Positions 25,581 through 38,237 of a stretch of DNA of 60,000 bases are shown here, in pieces. Below the pieces are notes generated by a model. It was not told where the DNA came from. It worked only from the letters and a program-made list of their open reading frames with translations, and did not search any database. Source of the DNA: Squalus acanthias (Eukaryota); assembly GCA_030390025.1 (NCBI GenBank), contig CM059432.1:64358001-64418000 (forward strand), in the 5' to 3' direction. The translations under genes and the position numbers were made by a program. Positions within the stretch are counted from its first letter, which is position 1. The number at the start of each line of letters is the position of its first letter.

Positions 25581-27470
25581 TTAGCTTTCTCTTACGTGTG
25601 CTTCTATGTGGTGCTTCCCCTGTGGCTTCAGCAGATGTAGAGGCACCTTGCTCACTTCAATGCTGCGCCTGCTTAGACACCTTTGGTGGGCGTCCTCTGG
25701 GTTTGGGAGCCTGGGAGGGCTCCGCAGCAGTCTGCTCTTCCTACAGCTGTGCAGGGGCTGAGACGTCCATCTCAGTTGGGTGCGGAATCTGGGGCTCTGA
25801 CTGAGGGCTCTGCAGTGGCATGGTCGTGTGAGCGCTTGGAGAGGAGCCCACACTTGTTGTCGACCACCAACATCCCTCTCATGGGTCACCCGCACTTTAC
25901 TGCTAGCAAGTGGCTGGAGAGCACCTTGCTGCACATCAGTGGGGCCATGAGGACCCGTCTCTGTACTGACAGTCCTCATAACAGGGACGTCATGTACCTC
26001 TGGTTCCTCTCCTCAATAGATGCCCATCTATCCTCCATAGCAGACCATCTATTTAGAAGAGTCACCATGCTCTGTTGAGTCTAGCGACTTATGTCCTCCA
26101 AGGAGGTTGCCACCCTCTCCATGGCGGCACGTTCATTCACCAATGCGTCCAGCACGGCATTGCTCATGTTTGAGATGGACTCCTCCATTCTCTGCACACT
26201 CGCAGTTATCATGGATGCAAACCCTGTCAGAGACTCCTGCACTTGTTCCTGAACTTCCAGCACTGCTCTCTTTCTGAATGGCCCCAGAGGCACAGGGTCT
26301 ACATGCAGCTGAGCAGAGCTAGGAGAGTCCTGAGACCTCCGACGAGGACTCTCTACTGCTGTCGCTGTCTCCACCATCTGCTGATGCTCACTTGTGAGCT
26401 GTGATACACCAGGTGACAACACTACTCTATGTCGCGAAGGCCCCGCCGAGGTGTGCGTCTCTGCGCTGGTGCTGGGTGCGCTGAGTCCTGGTGACGCTGT
26501 TTCCTCAGAGGCTGCAGGTTCCTCTGAGGAGTCATCTGGCTCTTCCTCCTGGACAGTGGGAGGGGGACTCTCGATGGTCTTGTGGGGGAGTAAAGGCATG
26601 AGTTAGACATGTGATATTTAGGTAGCAGACACAACCTACTGTGCAGATGATCAGAAGTCAATCTCAATGAACATCAGATGCCATTTCAGTCACTCATGAA
26701 ATCTAAATGAGAGGGTTGCAAATCTATTCTGTCACCAGCTTTCTCTACTGCACCCATCTCTCCGTCCCCCACTTCTAGCTCCTCTGCACCTCCGACGATG
26801 TCGTGAGCAGCCTTCACAGTGCTTGTTAAAGTGACCAGGGATGATGGACCTCCTCCTGTCGTCGCTCTCTCCCTCTTATTGTGGGCTCTCTTTTCCTGCA
26901 AGGAGGGACACAAGTGGAGTTTTAGCGAGATTGATGGAGTGAGTGTGAAGAATCCATAACATAGAAGCTTAGAGGGAGACAAAGCTGGAGTGAGGTGCCA
27001 AGACCAAGGTCTCTCTCTGTGCGTTGTTAATTGTTGTCATTGCATAACAGTGAGAGCGAGTGTGAGGGGTGCATAGTAGGATGGTGAAGTTATTCTGTAC
27101 ATAGAGAGGGAGGATAGGTAAGGGTGCAAGGGAAGTAAGGTAAGGTGGGATGTGGAGGAGTAGGCTGACAATGCAGAGTGCTGGTGATGAGAACAGATGG
27201 GAAGCAGATTGAAGGTAAGTGTGATGTTATACTCACTTTTGCTGAGCGTAGCAGATCATTGAACCGTTTTCGGCACTGCACCCAGTTGCATGAGCACAAG
27301 GACCTTGCGTTTACCTCCTCAGCAATTTGCAGCCAGGCTGCCTTTGGCTGCTGAGGAGGCTTCCTCCGGCCATTGGGAGGGAACAGAACCTCCCTGCGCC
27401 CTCTTAGTCCCTCCACAAGAGCATGGAGGGAGTCAAAACGAGGAGCAGCCTTACATCTTGGAGCAGTCAT
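25581..27470 (-). pseudogene. Harbinger Myb/SANT-like protein gene (exons ~27237-27470, 26736-26895, 25581-26578)
   Basis: AAPRF...REVLFP...W.QIAEEV....WVQCRKRFNDL, then EKRAHNKRERATTGGG. In-frame stops in exon 3. Confidence 0.85.
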
Positions 27471-28439
27471 GTTGCAGTGGGCCCTTTTCAGGAGCAGCAC
27501 AAAGGAAATGAAAAGCAAAGGCTACATGGACCCCTTAAAACCACCTGAATCGATGACGGCAGCAGAGGCGAGCAGCAGACCGGCACCCACTGATTGGGCC
27601 GGGTAGCGTGCATGGCGGGCTTAATGAGCCCAGTTAAATGCAAATTGTTATTTGGGAGCGGCTGAAACCGGCAGTGGGACGGAACCCGCCCACCAGCCAA
27701 CCCGACTCCAACCCACCTCCTGTGGCAAAATCGCGGCCTTGGTTTCTCTGAGATTTTTTGCACCTCACCCTGCAGTCCACAGTGGTGTGTGAGGATCATA
27801 GGAAAGGATTGCTAGCATGAGTGGACTGGGGCAAAAACTAGACAAACCAATGGGAGTGCTTATTTATTTTTTCAGTGGGAGGCATCACAAAAAAAAATGG
27901 CAGGTGGAGCTCAAAAGAACTCGGCAATCTTAGTGTGCTGCTAGTTTAACAATTACGAAATAATGAATCCTGCTTTAGGAAAAGAGGCTTCAAGTAAGAA
28001 TTTTGGAATATATATTTAGTTGAAAAATACATTTAAGCCCCAGTGGAAGGTGACTTGTTTAGTATCATATCCTGCTTAAAGCTGTACAGTTAGCAAAGAA
28101 GTTGTACTTAATAAGAAAATGCCTTCTCTGCGCAGCACAGTCCAATGGTTAGAGAATTTCCTGAGCACACAATATGTTGGAGTAACCAAACCCTGACTGA
28201 GATGCCTCAGGGAAGTTTGGTATCTATTGGTCTTATCAGAGAGTGTCAGATCATCATTAAATACAACCATAATATTACATTCTGAGTGGTAAAGAAATTG
28301 TTGGGGCAAGATGGTTTGCATTACATATGGTCTGGGAAACACGTTTCTTCACAATGGTTTATTTTTGTTAGAACTACTTCCATATTTGAAAGCCGTATTG
28401 GTATGGTGGATGCACATACCCATTGTTACTCACCTACCA

Positions 28440-28860
28440 CATCAGTTTGGCTCAGTTGGCAGCACTCTTACCTTTGAAAGTTGTGAGTTCCAGCCCCACT
28501 GTGAACTTTAGCGTGTAATCTAAGCCGACACTTCAGTGTATGTCCAAAGAGTGTTGCATTATCGGAGATGCGATTTTTTGGTTGAGATATTAAACCATGG
28601 TCTGTCAGCCTGCTCAAGTGGATGTAAAAGATTCTGTGGCACTAGTGTCATGACCAACATTCCTCCCTCCACCAACACCATCAAAATCTGATTCTATGGT
28701 CAGTCATTCATTTGCTGTTTGTGGGACATCTCTGTGGCTGCCACTTCTACCCACATACAACAGTGACTGCACATCAAAAGTAATCCATTGATTTTAAAGT
28801 ACTTTTGGATGTCCTGAGGATCTTAAGGTACCGTATAAATAACAATTATTTCTTTCTTTG
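28440..28860 (+). mobile_element. DeuSINE-type SINE, near full length and degenerate
   Basis: tRNA-like head (tggctcagttggcagcactctt...gagttccagccccac), Deu domain (ttgctgtttgtggga...acaacagtgactgcac), tail ending tttctttctt. Confidence 0.75.
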
Positions 28861-29518
28861 TCTATTGCTGTCTCTATTTCCACCCGTCCTAATTTATCCT
28901 ACAGCTCTACCATCCAACTTATCCTTTCCCTCTCACCACTCTCCCATACTGCCTATTCTTTCCAACACATCGTTCAGCTTTGTAGCTTATATCTACGTTT
29001 CTTGATGTCTTATCTCCATCTTGCCAAGTGCATCTGCACCTCACCACTTGCCCAGTGAGCTAGTTCCTATCCATTTCACCAGATTCCTTCATCATCTATC
29101 CTTTTAACTTGCTGATTTAACCCGCTGCTTATTCTTCTCCATTTCATTGCTTTCTTTGCTGAACTCCTTCAATATCTGTCTCTCTTGGCTGCATCATTTT
29201 AATTTCATTGGTTTTTCTGTCCATATCATTTTGAATTTGCCCTTTACATTCCTGTCCTCTCCTTCTCCCTTTGACCTTTGTCACTCCTTGTTAAACTCCC
29301 CGACTGCTATCACAAGAATGCCATCTGAAGCTAAGTTCCATCTAACTTGCCTATTTTGCCTGACAGTTAGTTATTTTGTGCCTCTGACTTCTCCAGCACA
29401 AGGCTTTTGTTTTCATGAAACAAGAATAACAATTTCCTGGAAGTAACTGAATTTTGAATCCGGAAATGAAAAGTCAACATGTGACATAAGCAAAATAAAG
29501 AAATTAGTGAGTTAGAGG

Positions 29519-29950
29519 AACATAAACATAGGAACATAGGAGCATGAGTAGGCCATTCAGCCCCTTGAGCCTGTTCCACCATTCAATTAGACCATGGCAG
29601 ATATGTATCTTAACTCCATTTACCCGCCTTGGTTCTGTAATCCTTGATACCCTTGCCTAACAAAAATCTATCAATCTCAGTTTTGAATTTATCAATTGGC
29701 CTAGCCTCAACAGCTTTTTGAGGGAGAGTTTTCCAGATTTCCACTACCCTTTGTTGTGAAAAAGTGCTTCCAGACAGCACCCCTGAACGACCTAGCTCTA
29801 ATTTTAAGGTTATGCCCCCTTGTTCCGTACTCCCCAAGCAGAGGAAATAGTTTCTCTCTATCTACCCTATCAAATCCTTTAATCATTTTAAACACCTCAA
29901 TTAGATCACCCCTTAATCATCTATACTCAACGGAATACAAGCCTAGTCTG
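29519..29950 (-). mobile_element. CR1 LINE 3' fragment
   Basis: FKMIKGFDRVDREKLFPL...TRGHNLKI and a CR1 tail with (ctatgtt) repeats. Confidence 0.88.
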
Positions 29951-32060
29951 GTTATGGTAAAATACAACACTTCTGTATTTTGGTTCTCTGGCTTGTGGAT
30001 TGTGAAATCCATTATCACGCAGAAGTTTACTTTTCAGCAAAACATTTTTCATAATTAGTTCCATATTGAACCATATCGTGGTGGTCATAGAGGTTCAAAG
30101 TACCACCAGGACTATTGGAAATGATAGGTCCAAAAATATAAGTTCCCATGAGCCTGATCAAACAATGCCACATTTTAGCAGAATGTATCATAACCAGTAA
30201 TGTTCCATGAAAATAATAATTCTTCAACAGCTTGAGTCTAAACTGGCAGAAAGCCAAACTGAAAAAAAAGCTTAAAATGCATCACATCTGATATGTGCAT
30301 GATACAAAATGTTATCACATTTACAGTTCTACAGAAAAAAAGCACATAAAAAGATGGAACCATTTCTCCAGAAATTATTATGTTTTAATAAATTGCCTGG
30401 GGTTTGTCTCAGTTTTTAGCATTGCTGGAAGATTGTCTCTTCTCCCATTCTCCTTGGCAAAAGATTTTAATACTTCCTGGAAGGAATATTGCCTTTGCCT
30501 GCATTTCCTAATTTTAGTGCAAAGATAGACATCAGCATAAAGCAGTAAACACCACTTTATGCATGGGGCATGTTTTCCAATAGTTTTTAATGGAAATAAT
30601 GTCAATTCTGATGTTAAACTGACAGAAAATGGGAAATAAACTCAGTTTTTCCTTTTCTCAGCTATTCCCTGATATCTGCACCAAGAAAGGAGTGAAATTG
30701 GTAACAAACTTTTTTTTGAGAAGTCTGCTGTTTCCTTGTGAAGGCCTTGTTAGTGAGCTTTGAAAGAAAAACTGGGCAGGTTTCTAGTGGGTAAATTTAA
30801 ATAATCAGATAGGAATTATCCCACCCAATGAAGTGGAGTTAATTCAAAAATTGAACAGCTTTGGCAGAGTATCCATTCAATGTGATTTTTTTCTGCAATT
30901 GTTACAGTATCTAGTTCTGTGTCGCCAATGGTTTGAGAAGACCGGAGCCTAATCATCCACCCCACCAACTACCATTGGAATTTTAAACAGTCTATTGTGC
31001 TGTGCTCATTGGCACTTAATCAACTGAGTAGGACTTATTGAAGGGCACATTAAACAGATGAGGAATTAACTGTTTAAAAGCCCCAGCGTGCTGCTCAACT
31101 GGATATTTCATTCTCCTTCATGCAAGATTAAAAGTCCCAAGGTTTGATTGTTTAAATGAATCATTAGAAGTACCCAAGAGGCCAGAACTAATCAGGTAGA
31201 TAATTTAAATATAGTGTACATTTTGCAAGGCTGTACTCCCAGTGCAGATCACAGAATCGGCCCTATAGTTTTAAATGACCTATTTGTGATGCCCATCCTG
31301 ACCAGGGAGACTGTGCAGGAGTGGATTTTTACAAGATGTAAATTTTAAAATTCAGTACAAGTTATAGAAACGTATGCTACGTGCAGTTTTTAAAAGATTA
31401 ATTATAGTTTGCTCTTTGGTTCTGATTTCAATATTCAAGAGATTGATTACACACATTAAAGCAAATGCTTTTATTCTAATGCCATGGATCTAGAAATTAG
31501 TCCTTCAAAATCTGGAGATGTCCTTGTCACTGAATCATGATGTGCAAATTCATTGTTCTGCTTAATTTCCTACAGTTACCTGCTCTCCAGAGCTGGATTA
31601 ACACCTTTGGCTGCCACTTGACTGGTTAAGTGGCTGCTACATCACTTCAGAGATGCAAAATGAACATTATTGTCCTGATTGGTTAGGTTTCTGTTGCTAA
31701 GGCTAATGGAATCTTATTGGATGAACTCAACTGAAAAATGTAATAATTGGCATTTATTTTTTGGTACCCATAAAGGTGAGAGATGTTAGTGATAAAGAAC
31801 AGAACATGTTCCAGTTCAAGCTCCAATGTCAGCATCAAGCACTCCCAGGTCACGTATATAGCACAGCTAAATGCCGATTAAAATTCCTTTGATTCTGCCC
31901 CAACAATATGCTTGAGCCCCAACCTCAGAAGAACACCCTTTCCAACACCAGTGTGTCACTTTTTCACATCAACCATCCTTAGTCCTGTCTGAGTGAATTT
32001 GCCAATTAATGGTAAATTAGTGACAGTTTTGTGCTATGGTCCCTTGTCTACTAGGAACTA

Positions 32061-33460
32061 AAATGAGAAGTCGCACAACACCAGGTTATAGTCCAACAGA
32101 TTTATTTAAAATTACAAGCTTTCGGAGCTGTCGCTCCTTCTTCAGGTAGGGTAGCTGTGAGAGAATCTCCCAGAATTCACAATATAAACACAGAAAAAAT
32201 GTATTCAAATCTTTCCCTACATCAAAGACACACTAAGAGCACAGCCAAGACAATTAGATGTGTCCCAGGGGGTCCAACGTGTCAAAACACCTGCTGGCTG
32301 CATATCCTCTCCATTTGTGTTTGGTTCTTGTGTTAGTTTTTTTTTAAATCCTGGAAAGACCGGCCATATTGTCAAGTCACGTTCTGTATCGTGACATGAA
32401 CCCGATATCGCGATTGAGGCCATCCTCATGAGTGCGGAACTTGGCTATCAGTTTCTGCTCTATGATTTTGCGCTGTCGTGTATCCCGAAGGCCGCCTTGG
32501 AGAACGCTTACCCGCAGATCCGAGGCTGAATGCCCCTGACTGCTGAAGTGTTCCCCGACTGGGAGGCAACCCTCCTGCCTGGCAATTGTTGCGCGGTGTC
32601 CGTTCATACGTTGTCTCAGTGTCTGCATGGTCTCGCCGATGTACCATGCCCTGGGGCATCCTTTACTGCAACGTATCAGGTAGACAACGTTGGCCGAGTC
32701 ACATGAGTATGTACCATGTACCTGGTGGGTAGTGTCCTCACGTGTGATGATGGTATCTGTGTCCATGATCTGGCATGTCTTGCAGAGGTTGCCGTGGCAG
32801 GGTTGTGTGGTGTCGTGGTTGCTGTTCTCCTGAAAGATGGGTAATCTGCTGCGAACGATGGTACTTTTGAGGTTAGGCGGCTGCTTGAAGGCGAGTAGTG
32901 GAGGCGTGGGGATGGCCTTAGCAAGGTGTTCGTCGTCATCGATGACATGTTGAAGGCTGCGAAAAACATGGCGTAGTTTTTCCGCTCCGGGGAAGTACTG
33001 GACGACGTAGGGTACTCTGTTGGTTGTGTCCCGTGTTCGTCTTCTGAGGAGGTCTATGCGGTTTTTCGCTGTGGCCCGTCGGAACTGTCGATCGACGAGT
33101 CGAGCGTCATATCCCGTTCTTACGAGGGCGTCTTTCAGTGTCCGTAGGTGTCCATCGCGTTCCTCCTCGTCTGAGCAGATCCTGTGTATTCGCAGGGCTT
33201 GTCCATAGGGGATGGCTTCTTTAACGTGGTTAGGGTGGAAGCTGGAGAAGTGGAGCATCGTGAGGTTATCCGTGGGCTTGCGGTAGAGTGAAGTGCTGAG
33301 GCGTCCGTCTTTGATGGAGATTCGTGTGTCCAAGAATGAAACTGATTCTGAGGAGTAGTCCATGGTGAGTTTGATGGTGGGATGGAACCTGTTGATGCTA
33401 TCGTGTAGTCCTTTCAGTGATCCTTCGCCGTGGGTCCAAAGGAAGAAGATGTCGTCGATG
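32061..33460 (-). mobile_element. Penelope-like element, 5'-truncated (RT C-terminus + GIY-YIG endonuclease)
   Basis: ORF 32377-33363 and its upstream extension contain IDDIF, FLDT...LYRKPTD, HP..VK.AIPYGQALR, C..C, NVVYLIRC...WYIGET..LRQRMNGH. 12-bp TSD TACTAGGAACTA (32049-32060, 33461-33472). Confidence 0.95.
32113..32148 (-). ncRNA. Minimal hammerhead ribozyme motif in the Penelope terminal region
   Basis: The minus strand reads tac-CTGAAGA-a-GGAGC gaca GCTCC-GAAA-GC-TT-gta: conserved core, stem II, palindromic stem III and a 3-bp stem I. Confidence 0.75.
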
Positions 33461-34157
33461 TACTAGGAACTAGATTAAGACTTCCCAACATCATTTCACA
33501 TAGGACCCTTACAGCCAGCAGACAAAGAAGACTTGCATCCTTGAGTCTGGGTTGGACTTGAATCCAGGTTGCAGAGGTAAAAGACCAGTGTCTAACCCAC
33601 TGCTAGCACTCAGCTCCCCAGTATTACTAAAATAAAAGGTAACAAGATTAGCACGCTAGTTTCCAAAAGTGGAAAACACCTTCCATAGTTTATTCATTTC
33701 TCTTAAATTGAAAATGTCACCACAACTGTATTGTATTTACATATATTTTAATTGGAAAGTAGACATTCACAGAAGTACTACAACACAAAATCATGAGAAC
33801 TCAAGTTTATAATAGTTAACAGGTGATTTAAAAATAAAGGTTTATGCAAGTGTATAAGGGTAATTTTACAAAATTAGGCCCATGCTGCGCAACTGTCTGC
33901 ACTGGGAATATAACAGGAATTTGGATATGCACCTTCCTCCATGATTTTCTATCCATTAATTGACAGAAAATTGTTTTGAGTGTGTTTGAATTCCCAATAT
34001 GTGCTTCTAGGAGGCAAGGTTCGACGTCACAATTCCAATTTCATAGAATTGCCCTTATAGTCTCCTTTGTTACAGTAAATGGAATTGTGAGGCCTGTGCT
34101 TAGTTTAATGAAAAATATTTACATTTTTTTAGAATAAATGTTACACACTGGGCGGGA

Positions 34158-34256
34158 GGTAATTTTGACTTTGGGCTATAGTGTAAAATGGGCGATATCC
34201 GATCAGCCACCCAATTTGTATTTCCCGACTTGCAATCGCCCAAAGTCAAAATTACC
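34158..34256. repeat. ~100-bp mini-MITE / hairpin
   Basis: Perfect 19-bp inverted repeats GGTAATTTTGACTTTGGGC / GCCCAAAGTCAAAATTACC that resemble the Harbinger-type termini in this window. Confidence 0.65.
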
Positions 34257-34490
34257 CAATGGGAGTCAAAGCCAAGCGCAGTCTTTAAGTGAATCATAGT
34301 TAGAGGGAGGTGGATAATGGGGCCAAGGCACGCAGATGTAATTCGGTCCCTATTTTAAAGTCACACAATCTGTCCTTATCTTTATATAATACTCGACCTC
34401 GCTCCTGGGCCCCGTCCTCGCCCCTGGGCCTCGTCCTTGCTCCTGGGTCCTGACCTCCTTATAGTGTGTCTCCTTCTAGTGAGTTCTTTT

Positions 34491-34806
34491 GGGCAACACG
34501 GTGGCATAGTGGTTAGCACTGTTGTCTCACAGCGCCAGGGACCCGGGTTCGAATCCAGCCACGGGTGACTGTCTGTGTGGAGTTTGCACATTCTCCCCGT
34601 GTCTGCGTGGGTTTCCTCCGGGTGCTCCGGTTTCCTCCCACAGTCCAAAGATGTGCAGGTTAGGTTGATTTGGCTATGCTAAATTGACCCTTAGTGTTAG
34701 TGGGATTAAATACGTGGGGTTACGGGGATAGGGTGGGATATGTGTCGGTGCAGGCTCGATGGGCCGAAATGGCCTCTATCTGCATTGTGGGGATTCTGTG
34801 ATTCTG
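34491..34806 (+). mobile_element. tRNA-derived V-SINE (HE1-like)
   Basis: A box TGGCATAGTGG, B box GGTTCGAATCC, V-domain (ctgtgtggagtttgcacattctccccgtgtctgcgtgggtttcctccgggtgctccggtttcctccca), CR1-like tail (gattctgt repeats). Confidence 0.92.
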
Positions 34807-35075
34807 TGAGTGTGTCTCACAGTGTCTCCTTCCAGTGAGTGGGTCCCGCAGTGTCTCCTTCTAGTGAGTGTGTCTCACGGTGTCTCCTTCCAGTGAGTGG
34901 GTCCCGCGGTGTCTCCTTCCAGTGAGTGTGGACGGAGTGTGTCTCCTTCCAGTGAGTGTAGACGGAGTGTGTCTCCTTCCAGTGAGTGGGTCCCGCGGTG
35001 TCTCCTTCCAGTGAGTGTGGACGGAGTGTGTCTCCTTCCAGTGAGTGTAGACGGAGTGTGTCTCCTTCCAGTGAG
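34807..35075. repeat. Minisatellite, 29-30 bp unit (core GTGTCTCCTTCCAGTGAGTG)
   Basis: About 8 cores in tandem, plus one further core at ~34463-34484 on the other side of the SINE. Confidence 0.9.
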
Positions 35076-35836
35076 CGTAGAGTCATGAGGCGTTCGTTCA
35101 TTCCACAAGGGGAGTCTCTGAGACGTTCAACTAGCTCATTTTTTATCGCGAAGCCTACCCCATGGAGGCGGCATTCTTCTTCAGGTTTGCCTTTCCAGAA
35201 GAAGGTGTAACCACCGCCTTGCTCCTTGAGCTGGCCTTCCCCTGCCCTCTGGGTCTCGCTTAGGGTGGTGATGTCTTTGTCGAAATGTTTGAGCTCCCGG
35301 GCAACGATAGCAGTACAGCGTTCCAGTCTGTCGCTGTTGGGGTTGTCCATGAGGGTACTGACATTCCAGGCTCCGCCACACAGTACTGCTCCCTGAATAT
35401 CAAAATCCATGAGGAGGCCTTGGACAACGTGGACCACTTTCCATACCTCGGGAGCCTACTGTCAACAAGGGCAGATGTCAATGACGAAGTCAAACACCGC
35501 CTTCAGTGTGCCAGTGCAGCCTTCGGTCGCCTGAGGAAGAGAGTGTTTGAAGACCAGGACCTCAAACCCAGCACCAAGCTCATGGTCTACAGAGCTGTAG
35601 TGATACCCGCCCTCCTGTATGTTTCAGAGACATGGACCATGTACAGCAGGCACCTCAAAGCACTGGATAGGTACCACCAACGCTGCCTCCGCAAGATCCT
35701 GCAAATCCATTGGCAGCATAGGTGCACCAACGTCAGTGTTCTCGCTCAGGCCAACATCCACAGCATCGAAGCTTTGACCACGCTCGATCAGCTCCGATGG
35801 ATGGGCCACATCGTCTGCATGCCTGATACGAGACTC
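35076..35836. mobile_element. RTE-clade LINE fragments in inverted arrangement (endonuclease on -, ~35076-35372; RT C-terminus on +, ~35373-35836)
   Basis: Minus strand: AWNV.TL...RELKHF..DI..LSET...GGGYTFFWKG...HGVGFAIKN. Plus strand: NVDHFPYLGS...STKLMVYRAVVIPALLYVSETW...QLRWMGH. Confidence 0.88.
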
Positions 35837-37112
35837 CTTTTCCATAACTACCTTAAATCTAACTGAATTATGGTCACTAGCAGCGAAATGCTCCCTCACT
35901 GATACGCCTTCTACCTGCCCAGCTTCATTCCCTAAAACTAAGTCCAGAACCGCCCCCTCCCTTGTTGGGCTTGCTACATACTGGCTAAAAAAGTTCTCCT
36001 GGTTGCATTTTAGGAATTCCGCACCCTCTATACTCTTCACACTAATTTTATCCCAGTTAATATTGGGGTAGTTGAAATCCCCTACTACTACTGCCCTATA
36101 GTTTTTGCACTTCTCAGAAATTTGTCTACATATTTGCTCTTCTATCTCCCTCTCACTGTTTGGGGATCTGTAGTACACTCCCAGCAGTGTGATCGCCCCT
36201 TTTTTGTTTTTCAATTTGACCCATATGGCCTCATTTGATGATCCCTCCAACATATCATCCCTCCTCACAGCTGTAATAGTTTCTTTAATCAATACCGCGA
36301 CCCCCCCTCCCTTTTTACCATCCTCTCTATCCGTCTGAAAATCCTGTAACCAGGAATGTTGAGCTGCCATACCTGCCCATCTTTCAGCCACGTCTCTGTA
36401 ATAGCTATAATATCATAGTCCCAAGTATCTACCTGTGCCCTCAGCTCATCTGCCTTGTTCGCTATACTCCTTGAATTGAAGTATATACCATTTAGTACAG
36501 GCAGAACTCCTTGTTGACTACTATCTAGCCCTTGATTCCTCTGTCTTTCCAATTTACTTTCTACGTTTTTGTTTTCCAATTCCAGTTTTTCTTCCCTCCC
36601 TACTGACGCTACTCTTAGGTTCCTATCCATCTGCCAAGCTAGTTTAAACCCTCCCAACAGCACTAGCAAACCCTCCTGTGAGGATATTGGTCCCGTTCCC
36701 ATTGAGATGCAACCCATCTGGCTTGTAGAGGTCCCACCTCCCCTAGAAACGGTTCCAATTCCTCAGGAATCTAAAGTCCTCCCTCCTACACCATCTCTCC
36801 AGCCACGCATTCATCTGCTCTATCTTCCTATTTCTGTACTCACTAGCACGTGGCACTGGTAGTAATCCGGAGATTACTACCTTTGAGGTCCTGCTTTTTA
36901 ACCTCTTTCCTAGCTCCCTAAACTCTGCCTGCAGGACCTCATCCCTCTTGCTAGCTATGTCGTTGGTACCGATATGGACCATGACCTCTGGCTGTTCACC
37001 CTCCCCCCTCAGCATGCCCTGCAGCCATTCAGTGACATCCTTGACCCTGGAACCAGGGAGGCAACATACCATCCTGGAGTCACGTCTGCGGCCGCAGAAA
37101 TGCCTGTCTGCT
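35837..37112 (-). mobile_element. CR1 LINE fragment (ORF1 esterase end + APE endonuclease)
   Basis: CCLPG.RVKD...HIGTND...VVISGLLP (SGNH-type), then FNSRSIANK...AITETWL, GGGVA, VGDFN.P, LDLVL, SDHN. Confidence 0.9.
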
Positions 37113-38237
37113 CCCCAGGCAGGGAAGAAATGTATCCCAGGCTGTTAAGCGAAGCAAAAGAGGAAATAGCAGAGGCCCTGACCATCATTTTCCAATCCTC
37201 TCTGGCTTCAGGTGTGGTGCCGAAGGACTGGAGAACTGCTGATGTGGTACCCTTGTTTAAAAAGGGAGAAAAGGATAGACCGAGTAATTACAGGCCAGTC
37301 AGCCTAACCTCGGTGGTGGGAAAATTATTGGAAAGAATTCAGAAGGACAGGATAAATCTTCATTTAGAAAGACACGGATTAATCAAGGATAGTCAGCACG
37401 GATTTGTTAAGGGAAGGTCGTGTCTGACAAGCTTGATTCAATTTTTTGAGGAGGTAACAAGAAGGGCAGATGAGGGTAGTGCATTTGATGTAGTGTATAT
37501 GGACTTTAGCAAGGCTTTTGATAAGGTTCCTCATGGCAGACTGAACCACGAGGTTCCGAGGGACTGCCTAAGAAGAAGAGATGGAAAAGGACAAGGATAG
37601 ACCAGGAATAAAAATTCTAAATTGGGGAAAAGCAAATTTTGCTAAGCTCAGTGGGGATTTAGCCATAGTGGACTGGAAACAGCTACTTGAAGGTAAATCA
37701 GTGTCAGAGCAGTGGGAGTCATTCAAGGAGGAGATCCGAAGGGTTCAAACCAAATATGTGCCCTTAAAGAAAAAAGGTGGGACTAACAAATCTAGAGCCC
37801 CCTGGATGTCTAGAGACATACAGGGTAAGGTAAAGAATAAAAGGGAGGTGTATCACAGATACCGAGGGCTAAATACACCAGAATCTTTAGAGAAGTACAG
37901 AAAATGCAGGGGTGCAATTAAAAAGGATATTAGGAAAGCAAAGAGAGAGCATGAAAAATTCTTGGCAAGTAAAATCAAGGAATGTTTTACAAATATATTA
38001 AGAGTAAGAAAATAACTAAAGAAAGGGTAGGGCCTATTAGAGATCATGAGGGTAATCTGTGTGTGGAGGCGGGAGACGTCGGTAGGGTTCTTAATGAATA
38101 CTTTGCGTCTGTTTTCACAAAGGAGAGGGGCGAAGCAGACATTGCTATCAGGGAGGAGTGTGAAATATTAGATGAAATAAACATAGTGAGAGAGGAAGTA
38201 TTAAAGGGTTTAGCAGCTTTAAAAGTGGATAAATCCA
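37113..38237 (+). mobile_element. Rearranged CR1 ORF2 fragments (RT piece 37113-37545, then a more upstream linker piece ~37570-38237)
   Basis: NYRPVSLTSVVGK, SQHGF, DFSKAFDKVPH, followed by NWGKANF...PWM...NEYFASVFT...VDKS. The domain order is scrambled. Confidence 0.88.

Larger units (their letters stand above)
23561..27738. mobile_element. Decayed full-length PIF/Harbinger transposon (transposase on +, Myb/SANT on -)
   Basis: TIRs GGTCGCAATTTT / AAAATCGCGGCC, flanks TTT/TTG, related to 16662-20031. Confidence 0.92.

Noticed and set aside
31560..31790. Possible additional SNTG1 exon or conserved element (ttcctacAG ... aagGTgag)
   Set aside because: The two identified exons already join into the contiguous known protein, and I see no coding similarity here. 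Conservation cannot be judged without alignments.
34491..34570. Functional tRNA genes (also 16169, 28445, 53209)
   Set aside because: The A/B boxes run into SINE bodies and the cloverleaves are incomplete.
34807..35075. Constant repeat with variable linkers resembling a CRISPR array
   Set aside because: The linkers are only 9-10 bp and themselves recur (A-B-C-A-B-C), there are no cas genes, and the context is a vertebrate intron. It is a minisatellite.
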